64,000 nucleotides of DNA from positions 352,001-416,000 of the forward strand of contig CH464491.1 in the NCBI GenBank assembly GCA_000002445.1. Direction: 5' to 3'. The notes beneath the pieces are model-generated. The model was not told the origin of the DNA, searched no databases, and saw only the letters and a list, made by a program, of their open reading frames with translations. Shown in pieces: positions 11,594 through 22,890 of this stretch; position 1 is the stretch's first letter, and each line of letters opens with the position of its first letter. Origin of the DNA: Trypanosoma brucei. Taxonomy: Eukaryota. The translations under genes and the position numbers were made by a program.

Positions 11594-12103
11594 ATGACAA
11601 AATATGAGCTGAAGATGCAGTACTTTGACGAATGGATGATTCGCTGGCGCAAGTTCCAAACCGAATCGGATTGGGAAATTGAAAAGGGCCGTCAGTGGTG
11701 GCGCCGATTCAACATGGCAGTATCCGGTGCATTGTTTTGTGGTCTTGTGCTTTACACATCGGGAACAGCGACGCTGAAACGGCAGTACGGCCTCCCACAC
11801 TTCTTCGATATCGGAGTGGACGGTCAAGCAAAGGAAACAATGCTGAAAACTCTCACCTCCCGCTGGCGTTACACACCACAGGGTTATGGCCGAGTGCTGA
11901 TTACCGGCGTACCGACGTATATCCTCTTCGTGTCTTTGGAACATTACCGCGAGCGACGCCGCATGCAGCAATACTTGCAGCAGAACACGGTTTTTGGTGA
12001 GCAGATGCGGCGGTTGCTCAGTACTGGAAAGATTGAGGAGTACCTTCCAGTTAACATCAAAGCCACTTTACCAGCTTCTCAGCAGGCCATCTACAATTAT
12101 TAG
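11594..12103 (+). CDS. Small membrane protein (169 aa), possibly an NDUFA13/GRIM-19-like complex-I accessory subunit
   Basis: ATG at 11594. The C-terminal half reads GYGRVLITGVPTYILFVSLEHYRERRRMQQY, which parallels the GRIM-19 core ([30 protein letters not shown]): a hydrophobic helix followed by an RERRR-hydrophobic-Q block. An extra N-terminal hydrophobic segment (AVSGALFCGLVLY) is present. Confidence 0.5.
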   Translation: MTKYELKMQYFDEWMIRWRKFQTESDWEIEKGRQWWRRFNMAVSGALFCGLVLYTSGTATLKRQYGLPHFFDIGVDGQAKETMLKTLTSRWRYTPQGYGRVLITGVPTYILFVSLEHYRERRRMQQYLQQNTVFGEQMRRLLSTGKIEEYLPVNIKATLPASQQAIYNY

Positions 12104-12166
12104 TGGCGGTGGTGGTGGTGGTGGTCGTTGCACGTTTAATGAGGTGTGTGTGTGTGTGTGTGTGTG
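12104..12166. repeat. Compound microsatellite: (GGT)n at 12104-12126 and (GT)n at 12144-12166
   Basis: Read directly: ggtggcggtggtggtggtggtggt, then gtgtgtgtgtgtgtgtgtgtgtg. It lies immediately after the stop codon of the preceding gene. Confidence 0.9.
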
Positions 12167-13900
12167 GGAGGAAGGGGAATCCGTCAAGTAGCGATTTCAT
12201 TTATTTAAGTATGATACATGTGTTGGATTCGATGTGTCGGTGTCTTTTGTAGGATTGTTATAGCAAGGAGATGTGCAGTAGGGGGGTGACAAGCGTTTGT
12301 GAGAGTCGGTGACATAAAACGAACAGAGTTTGGGGGAATTCATTCTTCTCTCTAGTATGCGCTTTAGTTTGTTGTATGTCACAACGGAGCGGAACTTTGT
12401 GACGTTGGGGATATGTCCTTTATTTTTCTCTTCTACCCTTCTTAGTTTTTTTGTTATTGTGATTATATTTGTGATGTGCCCTGCTTAACTGACGGAGGAG
12501 TCAGAACCCTACATGTTTACTTTTTTCTATTCTCTTTTTTAACTCATGATCTCTGCAGTGTTTTCACAATCTCTCACTTAGGTTTTTTTTTTTAGCATCG
12601 TATGTCAACAACAATACCTGCAGTTACTGCGAGTGTGAGTGTTTGGTGAGAAACATCAAGGAAGAAGCTTAAGGGAATGAAGCAGTGGCTTAGGATAATT
12701 TTATGCTTGAAAAAGAGAAGAGAGAAAATGAGAAAATCTCGCACACAGAAGCGGAAAGACATAGGTGGGGTCAATGATTAACTATTTTTTACACCGTAGG
12801 GTAGAGGCTTATGAAAAGGTGAAAATAGTTCCAACATGACTCATTTTACCAATGGAGCAACAACAGTTGGGTTTCCCCAAGAAGCGTTCTCTAATGTATT
12901 ATATTTGCGGATAGTAACAATTGCTCGTGACAGAAAATGATTTGCCGCTTCTAACTGTATACCTGCTTACGGAGGGGTGTTGCATGGGGGTTAATATTAC
13001 TTCTTTTTCTTTTTTTTAAAAAAATATATATGTATGCATATACATATGTGTAAGTTTGCGTGCGTGTATTTCCCCTCCCCTGAAAGTAACTACATCGTGA
13101 CTCTCTGTTTGGTGTTATGTTAGCAACCGTTTCATTCATATAAATTCTACTGTACGCCATTCCTCCTCCTCCCCCCCTCCCAGATTTGTTGAGGTCGGCT
13201 CCCTTTTGCTGTCGGTAAGTTATCCATTGTATATGTTGTTTTATTGTTTTTGTTTCTTATCCTCTCTTCTTTCTTTTTTTTGTGTGTGTGTATGTGTGTT
13301 GACGTTGCGCAATCGCACACGTACAATTTGACCATCTCGTTTAATCGATTAAAATAGGTAGCCTGGGAGCATCCCAAAAATAGCTAACACTTGCTCGGTT
13401 ATCATCGAAGGAGACTTCGTTGTTTTACTTTTTTTTTTTTCGTGCGCGTTCTTCGGTCCTATTTGGTTGGGCGACGTTTACGGAGAGTTTGGTGTTGAGA
13501 AAAGGGATATATACGTACAATTTTCTCTTTTGTGTTCACGTTCGTGTGGTTGGTCTACAATCTGCGGAAGGTAGCGCAAAAAAAAGGAGGGTTTATCATT
13601 TTCACTGCACTTAACACCGGCAGCATCGCAGGCGCTTGTGAAAAGGGGTTTACAACGCTATAGACTGTTTGGTTTAACGGTTTACGTGAAGAAACAAAAT
13701 AAAAAGTACAAAAAAAACCAGCGGTTTGTAGGTGTTGCCGTTGAACAAAGGAAAGGAAGTAAAGAGTGAAGGAAGGAAGAATAGCAAGGGTTTCGGCTAC
13801 CGTCAACAAACTCCTTACAATTAAAGAAATAAAGAAAGAGAGAGTGCGAGAGAAAGAAAGAGAAAAGGGGTCTAAAATCAGCACAGTTAAAATAAGAGTG

Positions 13901-14710
13901 ATGAGGCCAACAGGAGAGTCTGAGAAGTTTATAACACTTCCAACCGCCTCGCGGGTACTTCCCACGGGAGGAAGCCCTGCTGATGGCGGTCAGAGGTTGC
14001 AAACTACTATGGGCATAGTATCCCACGGCGCTCAACAGCAAAGGCACAACTCCCAGAACAATGTTACATGGAGGTTGGGAGTAGATGATAGCGTGGAGTC
14101 AAACGGCCTGAATGTTCATGTCCGTGTGCGCGACAGCCGTACTCCAACGCCATTTACTTCCATGTTTGTATCGAGCAGTAGCTCCTCGCCCCTGACAGCT
14201 CGAAGCATGTCCGGATATCAGGAGGAAGAAACATCTCCATATTCCATCAGCGGTGCTGAATACTTGTCTGCTGGTGAACACATAGCACACACAGCACTAA
14301 GTGGGAAATGCAGTTTTTTTTCCTTTCCGGAAGGTTTGCCATCCTTTCGGCCGCCGTCAGTTCCCGCCGAGCGCACCCACAAATTGTTTATTGGACAGCT
14401 ACGCTTTGAAATGTCGCTGGAGGCGCTCGTCTGGTTCCTGCACGAAACCATCAATGTTAATGTGTGCAACATTGAGAAGCGTGGTTGTGGCTGCGCAATT
14501 ATTTCACTGTCGAGTGAGGCGGACCGTGAGGCCGTATTGCAGCTGAAGGAACGGCTCCTCGTTGACATTGGCGGTATGTGGTATGCACGGAGCGATGAGG
14601 AGTGCTGTAACCTCCACAACTACATTGATTGCAGCGTTGCACATATTCCACGACCGCAGAAAGTTCCTCAGCGGCTAGTGGTAATTGAGGAGGCCCGGAC
14701 GGGCAGATAA
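13901..14710 (+). CDS. Hypothetical protein with a C-terminal atypical RRM-like domain
   Basis: The track start is a GTG; the first ATG is at 13901. The segment KLFIGQLRF resembles an RNP2 hexamer and RGCGCAIISL resembles an RNP1 octamer with Cys replacing the aromatic residues, about 35 aa downstream as in RRMs. The N-terminal half is Ser-rich. Confidence 0.5.
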   Translation: MRPTGESEKFITLPTASRVLPTGGSPADGGQRLQTTMGIVSHGAQQQRHNSQNNVTWRLGVDDSVESNGLNVHVRVRDSRTPTPFTSMFVSSSSSSPLTARSMSGYQEEETSPYSISGAEYLSAGEHIAHTALSGKCSFFSFPEGLPSFRPPSVPAERTHKLFIGQLRFEMSLEALVWFLHETINVNVCNIEKRGCGCAIISLSSEADREAVLQLKERLLVDIGGMWYARSDEECCNLHNYIDCSVAHIPRPQKVPQRLVVIEEARTGR

Positions 14711-15400
14711 GTCCGTCTGTCCTGCGCATGCATGTGTGTCCTTTTTGTATTTAATCTTTTATATTTCCCACCTTTTCTCGTCCCATTTTTTGACTTGTTT
14801 TTTGTTCACTTTTGGGTGGATGGGAGTGCAAAAACTGGGGCGTTGCGATACATGAGGTCAACGAAGGTGAGGAAATGTAGTGGACGCGCATGTTGCGTTG
14901 TGCTGTAGAGACAGGGAGTTTTTTTTTTTTTAATTGTAAATAAAAACACCGACGGAAGACAGATTGTTAGTATATTTGGGCAAATTTTGTTCGGTAGTGA
15001 TAGCTAACGATAACGACAGAAGTTACTCACCATTAACGGAAACCGAAATGGGCACAAACGGCAAATATGATGAATGAAAATATCGGAAAAGAATAACAGT
15101 GGGAAGATACAAATCAATAAAGACAACTTCACAACATAAAAGGGCGGTAAAGCATAAGAGGTCAACACCTTTTCGGGTGTTTATTCATTCATTTATTTAT
15201 TCATTTATTAGTCGTTATCAATTTTGAATATCAATAACGATAAAGTGATAATAATAACTTTTAAGGGACGTTTCATTTAATTTAACTCCATTTCTTTTTT
15301 ACTTGTATGTGTGTATATTTTGAGTGTATGTGCATCAGCGACACAATTTCGTTTTGGTCGTTTTTATGACTAGAAGATTTTATGGGAAGGTGATGCAACC

Positions 15401-15450
15401 TTTCTTCTTCCTTTTCTTTCCCTTCCCTTCCCTTTCCTTCCCTTCCCTTT
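15401..15450. repeat. (CCCTT)n-like pyrimidine microsatellite
   Basis: cttccttttctttcccttcccttccctttccttcccttccc, read directly. Confidence 0.85.
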
Positions 15451-17235
15451 TTTTTTAAAAAGAAAATTGACTGTTTCCTGTGGAAAGTGCGTTACCGAAA
15501 GAAGCTTCTGCAGGAACATTTTGGGGTTTTATAATTAAAATAAAAAAAATATTAAAAAATAAAATAATGATAATAATGAAATAACAACAGTAATGAGGAG
15601 AAAGAACTGGGAAAACCGGGTTCGATGGTGACGAAGAAATTCTTTCAAAAGGATTCCGTTACCTTTTTCTCTTCAAATTAAATAACAACAACGGCAGCGA
15701 CAAAAACAAAAAACGGAGTGAAAAGGAATAAAAATATCATAATGAAGAGCGTCACTGGAACCTCCAACGGAGTAATTCCGTTTCCTCCGGCAGTTTTCAA
15801 CATCACGATTTAGTCGGATAATCACGGTAATTTTTTTTAAAAACCTTTTTTTTATTTTTGAAAAGGAATATGTATATAAACATGTGTATTCAAATATATT
15901 TAAATCTAAAAGCGGTAGACACACAAACACAAACATATAACATTTATTTATATAATATGAATGGGTTTGTTTGCATGTGTGACTGCATATTGTAAATATT
16001 CGTCACTATCATAGAAAAAAAACAAGATTGTACATGTATGATTATATGTAAAACATAAATTATAGACCCAATCGACGCACACTTTTTCTTTTGTTTTCCT
16101 TTTATTGAAACTTCACCAATATTGACGATGCACCGGAGGAAAAAAAAAAGGAAAAGAAATACCGTTGGTTATTATTATTATTATTATTATTTAAATTTAA
16201 AAAGAGAACATTTTTTTTTTTGTGCCTCGCTTTTCCACCGCCCTTTTCATGTTTTTATTTTCCCCCTCTCACCCTTAACACCTGAAAAAAAAAGCCGTTA
16301 TTTCAAAGCCCGCTTTCTTCCTTAAATTAATTAAACTCTCGAAATTGCACCTCTACCTGTGTCCTTGTCCACGAAATTAACAGCAGTTTTTAATTTTCTT
16401 TTTCCTCCTTAATTTTATCCCAACATTTTTTTTAATAACCTTTTTTAATTTCCTTTTCTTTTTACCTTCCAATCCTCACTTTACTTTCTCTTTTTTTTGT
16501 TTTGTTTTCATTTTTGTCACACTGCCCGCACCCACCCACCCCCTCCACTCCAATAAGCAAACACACACATATATTTATATATATTTATATATATATTTAT
16601 TTATATGAAGAAAGAAAGAAAGAAAAAAATGCGTTTACTCAACACTGTTTAAAAAACACCTCTTTTATTTCTCCTTTTTTTACTTTTAGTTTTGCATTTG
16701 TTTTATTGTGCATACGCCGTTTTTTTTTTTTGTTGGCATTGTTGTAGTGTTCCGTCGCCCGCCCACAATGTTCATTGTTTTGTTTTGTTTCTGGTCAGGT
16801 TAGAGAGAAAAGGGTGACACCTCAAGCAAAAAAAAATGGTGAAGGAAAGTTAATTATTTAATAAAAGAGTTGGGGAATCGAGAATGCATAACAGGTCGCA
16901 GCATCACATTGCCCGTCCTTTTTTTTTCCTCTTTCTCTCCACTACTTTCTTTCTTATTACAATATTAATAATTATTATTATTACTTCCCCCTTTTAAATA
17001 TTTAAATATTTTTTTCCCCTTCTGGTGTTGTTCCACCGCATCACACGCCTCAAAAACATCTTCGCTTTAACTCATGCTAACAATTTAAAGCAGCGAAAAA
17101 TGATTGAATAATTAGCGACAGCATTTATTCAATAATTTTTGCTTGTTTGCTCTTTACAGCTGATGGAATGAAATGGCTCAGGGGCAAAAGTTGCAGCTTT
17201 TATAATAAAGGCGACGATGGTGTGATGGTGGAGTC

Positions 17236-17304
17236 ATATATATATATATATATTTATTTATTTATTTATTTATATATTTATATATTTATATTTATTTCAT
17301 TTGC
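17236..17304. repeat. (TA)n followed by (TTTA)n/(TTTATA)n microsatellite
   Basis: atatatatatatatatttatttatttatttatttatatatttatatatttatatttattt, read directly. Confidence 0.85.
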
Positions 17305-19261
17305 CTGCATTTTCACACCTGTTTTTTTTTGAATTGTGTGTGTGTGTGTACATGTGCATGCATATTTTGTTTCAATTTTTCATGTATCTTCCTTTCCTAT
17401 TTTTTTATATTTTTCTTTATATATATATATATATTTATTCAACCATTCATATACACACCACTTGACACTATCACGTTTGTCTCTGTGTGTTCTTTTTTTT
17501 TTGAAAAAAAAATAATTTCCCATATATATACGTCTTCTATATATCCACGTTTGTGCGCTTATCTATACATGTATATATATACATCTATATGCATCTGTAT
17601 TTGATTTTTGATTGATTTGACTGAACTGCGGGCGGCGGAATCGTAAAAGAAAAAAAGAATGAGGCATTGATTTTTTTTTTTTGAAAAAGCAAATATGTAG
17701 AGAAGGCGGACACAAATGTACAAACGTGAAACAAATCAGCAACTTAAAAGTTAAAAGGAGAAAAGTGAAAAAAATAAAATAAGGTATGATACATTGAGTG
17801 ATATGAGGTGTCTTTTTTTTTTTTACTTAGAGGGTACAGTGTGCACCATTTTTTCTTTCTTTCTTTTTTTGTTATTGAGGTGTGGTTGGGGGGGAAACAG
17901 AAACTTTTTTTTTAAAAAAGGAGAATCAATTTTTAATTTTATTTTTACCTTCACACAAATAACTTTTTTTAAAAAAATATGTTTTTCTCTTGATTCCCTA
18001 CCCACCGTTACGGTACTGGATTTCTTTACTTTCTTTTTTTCATCAATGTTTATATTTATTACTTGTGCTTTTTTTTTTTTCGTAAAAAAAAGGATTAAAA
18101 ATTTTTTTTAATTATATACCCCTATCTTTCATTTTATTATTGTAAATTGTATACACCATGTTAATTATTTATCTGAAATGAGTGAAAAGGTGACAAATGT
18201 AAAAAAAAAACAGCAAAGTGTGGCAGCCCTGTTTCGCTTGAAGTTTACTTTGAATGTAGTTGGGCGCTTCCCTTTATTAATATTGTTAATTATTTTTATT
18301 TTGTTATGCTTTATTTTACTTTGTTTTTATTTCATTTTTTTTTCTATTCACTGGGTTTTCACTTTGTTGCCTTTTCCTCTTCGTCACTGCCGTTGCCGTT
18401 GCTCCTATCGCTCCTCACTGGTGTGGTATCTTTTTGTTTGATTCCCTTTCTCTTCTTCTCTTTTTTTTTCTTCCTCTTTATCCCTCTACTATATTACGTT
18501 ATATTTTAAAATATCCCTCATGTATGATTAGATGGAGACAAGGGAAAAGAAAGAAAGAACGAAACCTCCTTTACTCGTGTATGCATTATAATACGGCATA
18601 TGTCATATTATTCTCTTTTTTAAAAAAAAAAACATATTCGTATAGGAGTAGTGCACACTTTATGTTGTTAGGTAGAGGCAAAGATATAAATGTATAATAC
18701 ATGCATATATATATATATATATATTGTGCATCTAAAAGGCGGAAGGAAACGAAAGAGAGCGTTGTTGCGATATGTTTCTTCAGTTATTTGTGTTGCTGGT
18801 GGTGGTGCGTGAGCGAGAAAATAATTAGAATTCGCGTATTAGATGAATTACCGGAGGTTTCCGCTCCCACCACCAAAAAAAATAATATAAGTACGGCGTG
18901 ATTCACCGGAGACGTTGCCGTTCATCTTATTTTTTGAGGAGACATGAAAGAAAAAAAGAGAAAGAACGAAGGAGTCTGTGGGCCAACCAGCTACTCGGGG
19001 TTTTTGGAGTGATACATCGTGTCGTTGTGTTTCATAGAATGTTGGTGCCTTTTTTTTTAAAAAAAAATCGAATAATACGATTTGGACGATCCCTTTAATG
19101 TTTTTGTGTGTTGTATTCACCTGTACCCAGTCAAATGCAGTGCGTCGTGTATCGTCTTTTCTCCCCATACCTCTGAAACGATTGTTTGCTCATACAGACA
19201 CACACACACACAAAAAAAAAGGCCGGAGCCACGATAAATTATACACGTGCATGCTGGAATA

Positions 19262-20458
19262 ATGAAATTGTCACAACGGTTCCTATCAAACACTTTAGCG
19301 GAGGCCGGCACGCTTCCTTCCCGTGGGACGAGCCATTCTGAAGCAATACGGCAGTTGATCATGTCTACATTTCCTACAGCAACCATCTCATTTATCACCA
19401 CAGGTTCTAATGGTGCTCACAGTGCCAACGTTACTGATACTACCGCTAGTGTCACTAATGCAGGAACCTGCGCAGAAGAGGACGAAAAACTTATGGAACA
19501 ATTACGTATGAAGGACCAGGAGTCCAAACAATCGGTAGGATGCAGTGAATCACTCGGAGCTCGGCGTGGGCCCTTCACAGATTGCTGCTCACCTCAAGGA
19601 GTTGCGGAGTGGCAACGTTTGCATCAGTTGTTCCCAGCAGAAGCTTTCGTAAATGCTCCACAACCCTGTTGGACTCCACATGCTGTAGTTTACATTGGTG
19701 GATTTGAAGCCCCCGACTTGCGCCGTACAGTTGCACCGCGACTTTTCGAAAAGGTGCCCGCCTTCGTAACGGATAGCGAGCGGGAGCAAACCGTTGGAGG
19801 TCGGACGGCTGTAGGAGGGCGGCAGAAAAATCCCAAGTATGCAACCAAAACACTCCACACGGGACTCCTCATGAGTGAAAAGGGTTGTGCACTGCACGAA
19901 CCAGATTTACTGCAGTTGGCTCTACCACATGTGGGACCATCTGCTATGATACGTACTCGCACATATCTTTCATTTGCTGGTGCGGAGCCTAATGTAACGG
20001 CGTTGAATGGCGCAGTGGACCCGATGCAGCGGGTGGCGCTTCGTCCAGCCTTTGGTTATTCCGCTGCGGCGCTGAGGAACACACTTCCATTTGTTGTCGT
20101 GGGGGCATCTCTGTTACTCCGCCGCTGGAATGCACGATGGTCCTCCACAACTTTGAGTAGCGCCTTTTGGCTTTCTGCAGTTGGTCATGCGGTGGAGAGC
20201 GGACGCATGAGTGAAGCCGGATTGTTAGTGCAGAAGGGAGGCGTGGATGCAAATTCAGTGATGCGGGTGCTGGCAATGGAGGCAAGTTCAATAGCGAAAA
20301 ACTGCCCAGAGGATTGTTGTGTAAACTACTTTTTGCCATCGGAGACATTTGAGTTAGAGAGAGGTTTTGCCGAGTTGATGAATGTTGGACCTCGTCTTCC
20401 CATCGATGATCTAAAGGTATTACCCGTGTACCCTCTTTTGGTGCGTCAAACACGTTAG
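19262..20458 (+). CDS. Hypothetical protein (about 398 aa)
   Basis: The track start 19247 is a GTG; the first ATG is at 19262 (MKLSQRFLSNTLAEAG, a presequence-like basic amphipathic start). The long + ORF has complex composition and no recognised motif. (GTT)n lies right after the stop. Confidence 0.55.
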   Translation: MKLSQRFLSNTLAEAGTLPSRGTSHSEAIRQLIMSTFPTATISFITTGSNGAHSANVTDTTASVTNAGTCAEEDEKLMEQLRMKDQESKQSVGCSESLGARRGPFTDCCSPQGVAEWQRLHQLFPAEAFVNAPQPCWTPHAVVYIGGFEAPDLRRTVAPRLFEKVPAFVTDSEREQTVGGRTAVGGRQKNPKYATKTLHTGLLMSEKGCALHEPDLLQLALPHVGPSAMIRTRTYLSFAGAEPNVTALNGAVDPMQRVALRPAFGYSAAALRNTLPFVVVGASLLLRRWNARWSSTTLSSAFWLSAVGHAVESGRMSEAGLLVQKGGVDANSVMRVLAMEASSIAKNCPEDCCVNYFLPSETFELERGFAELMNVGPRLPIDDLKVLPVYPLLVRQTR

Positions 20459-20952
20459 TGTTGTTGTTGTTGCTGTTGTTTTTCTTAGTTATTAGGGGCG
20501 AATGTTTCTCATCCGCCGTCATGAGGATAGAAAGGTATTTATTTTTATAGTTAAGGCCTCCTTTGCGTGTGATGTGTGTCTGTTTGTGTTGTCAAAGCTT
20601 TATCGGCAAATGGGTGGTGGTCTACCCGAGGGAAGGCCTTTTGTTGTTGTTGTTGTTGTTGTCTTATTGGGGAAGAAGTCAGCGCATAGAATTTTTTTTA
20701 AAAGAAAAAATGGTGGCAAATTTGGGTAATATTCTTTTTCTTTCTATTTCTTTAAAAAGAAAAAAACGGTATTATAACAACATCTCGGCTAGAGTATATA
20801 TATATATGTATATTACCTCCAACGTGCCGTCACGTTTTGTGCTTCTTAATCTATATATTTATCTCTCGGTACTGTTTTTTATGCCTTACCCGACAAGTTA
20901 CCATATTGCCCTTTGTCAAGCAACAAAACGCAAAGAACGTGGTTCGTTGAGA

Positions 20953-22035
20953 ATGAATGTTTTTGATTCCAACAGCATGCTCTGTCAAGTTGTTAGCAAT
21001 ATCACAGACCCGGTGGAACTTTTCATCGAACCAGAAATGACTGTGGGTGAGGTGCGTGCATTGGTTGCGGAGATGACAGTTGACTCCAACGATTGGAATG
21101 TTCGTCTCACATTCCAAGGTCACACTTTAGAGGACGACGAGGAGACATGGAGTTCCGTGACTCAGCAGTACCCCGTCGCACAAGGAGTTGCTCCTAAACT
21201 CTTTTCACATGCATCTAAGAAACGAGAAGAAAAGGCGCGACGACCGGTGAGTTTACCTCTGATGGAAGAACAAAAGGATCGACAGCAGGCAAAACTTATG
21301 GAACCGATAATCGACACGTTGGTTAACGATCCAAATTTTTCGGAGATGATGATCTCGGGTCAGCCGTCGCTTCGTCGTTTGATTGATGCGAACCCGGAGG
21401 TGGGGCGCTTGTTCCGGAACCCAGAAACCCTCAAGAGTCTCATTATGTCACAAATCGACCCTGATCAGCGAAGGGCAATGAATCGAAATGTGCAGTTGCA
21501 GTTGGCACAAATTAGCGCGATTCCCGGTGGTGAGCAGCTTCTTGAACGGTATACCAGTGGGCTTATGGACGATATGGACCTAAACTTGGACCTTGTGAGG
21601 AACACAAAGATTAAGGTTCCAGAAGACGAAAAAGATGATAATTCCGAGTCTGTGAGAGGGGTAAATAGCGAAGCCCTTCCAAACCCTTGGAGTCAGTCGA
21701 CTAACACCGCCGACTCGGGTAACACAAACACTTTTAGTAACGCCGCGATGAACCTTTTTGGGATTCCTGGGAATGTGGGCCATCCGAGTTTAGGAAACCT
21801 TTTTGGGTCCGGTTTGGGGGGACCGTTTCCTTTTATGTCTCCCGGCATCTCAATACCCCAAACAGGCGTAACCGCATCGCAACGGGGAGATGACGCCACG
21901 CGGTGGTCTCAGCAACTCGCCATGTTGAAGGATATGGGTTTCATGGATGAAGAGTTGTGTTTGGACGCACTTCGAATGACTAATGGAGATGTGGACATGG
22001 CAGTAAACTTCATTGTGAACAAAGATAGCTCTTGA
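20953..22035 (+). CDS. Ubiquilin/Dsk2-like UBL-UBA shuttle protein
   Basis: The N-terminal ubiquitin-like fold starts at the internal ATG 20953 (MNVFDSNSMLCQVVSNITDPVELFIEPEMTVGEVRALV). Central STI1-like motifs are present (LVNDPNFSEMM...LIDANPEVGRLFRNPETLKSL). The C-terminal UBA reads WSQQLAMLKDMGFMDEELCLDALRMTNGDVDMAVNFIV. The upstream part of track ORF 20563 is poly-Leu/low-complexity and I treat it as non-coding. Confidence 0.75.
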   Translation: MNVFDSNSMLCQVVSNITDPVELFIEPEMTVGEVRALVAEMTVDSNDWNVRLTFQGHTLEDDEETWSSVTQQYPVAQGVAPKLFSHASKKREEKARRPVSLPLMEEQKDRQQAKLMEPIIDTLVNDPNFSEMMISGQPSLRRLIDANPEVGRLFRNPETLKSLIMSQIDPDQRRAMNRNVQLQLAQISAIPGGEQLLERYTSGLMDDMDLNLDLVRNTKIKVPEDEKDDNSESVRGVNSEALPNPWSQSTNTADSGNTNTFSNAAMNLFGIPGNVGHPSLGNLFGSGLGGPFPFMSPGISIPQTGVTASQRGDDATRWSQQLAMLKDMGFMDEELCLDALRMTNGDVDMAVNFIVNKDSS

Positions 22036-22890
22036 TGTTTCTGTCAAAAAGGAAAAAAAACTTGTCGCACAGAATGGTGGGTGCGGTTGCGCGTGTACGT
22101 TTTCACGAAAGGAGAATTGATGGATGTGGCGTGTAGTTTAGACATATGTGGACGGCCCCGCGGCGGAGGATTTGGGTTTTAAGTGTGTCTCCTTTTCCAT
22201 TTTTAAAAAAAAATTCCAATGCTTTACTTTGGATATATCTGGATGGGGGCACTCTTATATGCTACACCCTTGCGACTTACTTTTCCGTTCATTTACTGTG
22301 GGGTGAGGTTTAAAAAAAAAAACTCGTGTTACTGGAATGGTAAGCGTCGTTTGTTCGTGAACCACATGCTTACATTGGCTATTTAACCTCATTTCATACG
22401 CTCAAGGAGGGGATCAGGGACTTTAATCCACAAGCTTTTGTCACTTTCCCCCTTGTTTTTTGTTTGTATGCACCTTAATGTATGTCTGTCTATTTTCTTT
22501 TTTTCTTCCGAGGTAATATATATATATATATTTTACGTATATATTGGGCACAAACGAACACCTTTTTTTTGCCGGTCAACTTAAAGAATGGGTGGAGCGA
22601 CTTCATCTGAAAGGGGGAATACGAAAAAAAAAAAGGGGGTGTAGCGTTGAGGAACTACTTTCCACTACGGAACGAGCCCTAAAAGAAGGGAAATAGGGAA
22701 GTAATACGCAAAGCACATTTATAAATATTTATATAAAGGGAAAGAGAGCACAGGAGGGCTGTTGGAAACGCAATAAAGCACTTGTGGTACCTCTTCTTTT
22801 TGCGAAAGTGAGGTTACGCTTTGGGTTGCTACTTTTCAGGCGGTAAACTAAGTGATTAGGGTGTGCGTAATTAAAAGTTCCCACCACTTT

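Larger units (their letters stand above)
14711..19261. other. 4.5-kb ORF-free, AT-rich low-complexity intergenic block. It may hold long UTRs and/or unannotated ncRNA.
   Basis: There is no ORF over 110 aa on either strand. It contains (CCCTT)n at 15401-15450, (TA)n/(TTTA)n at 17236-17304, many A- and T-homopolymer runs and (TA)n islands. It is much longer than the other intergenic gaps in the window (0.5-2.6 kb). Confidence 0.6.

Noticed and set aside
15211-15245. Short hairpin-capable element cgttatcaattttgaatatcaataacg
   Set aside because: It is only a 6-bp inverted repeat (cgttat/ataacg) with a 15-nt loop, expected by chance in AT-rich DNA.
15615-15640. tRNA-like T-loop word ggttcgatgg
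   Set aside because: Flanking sequence cannot form acceptor or T stems, and no D-loop or anticodon arm is present. No other tRNA-like candidates were found by eye.
20563-20952. N-terminal 130-aa extension of the ubiquilin ORF in the supplied track (MRVMCVCLCC...LLLLLLLL...)
   Set aside because: The track start is not an ATG. The segment is poly-Leu/(GTT)n low complexity and precedes a clean UBL domain starting at the internal ATG 20953.
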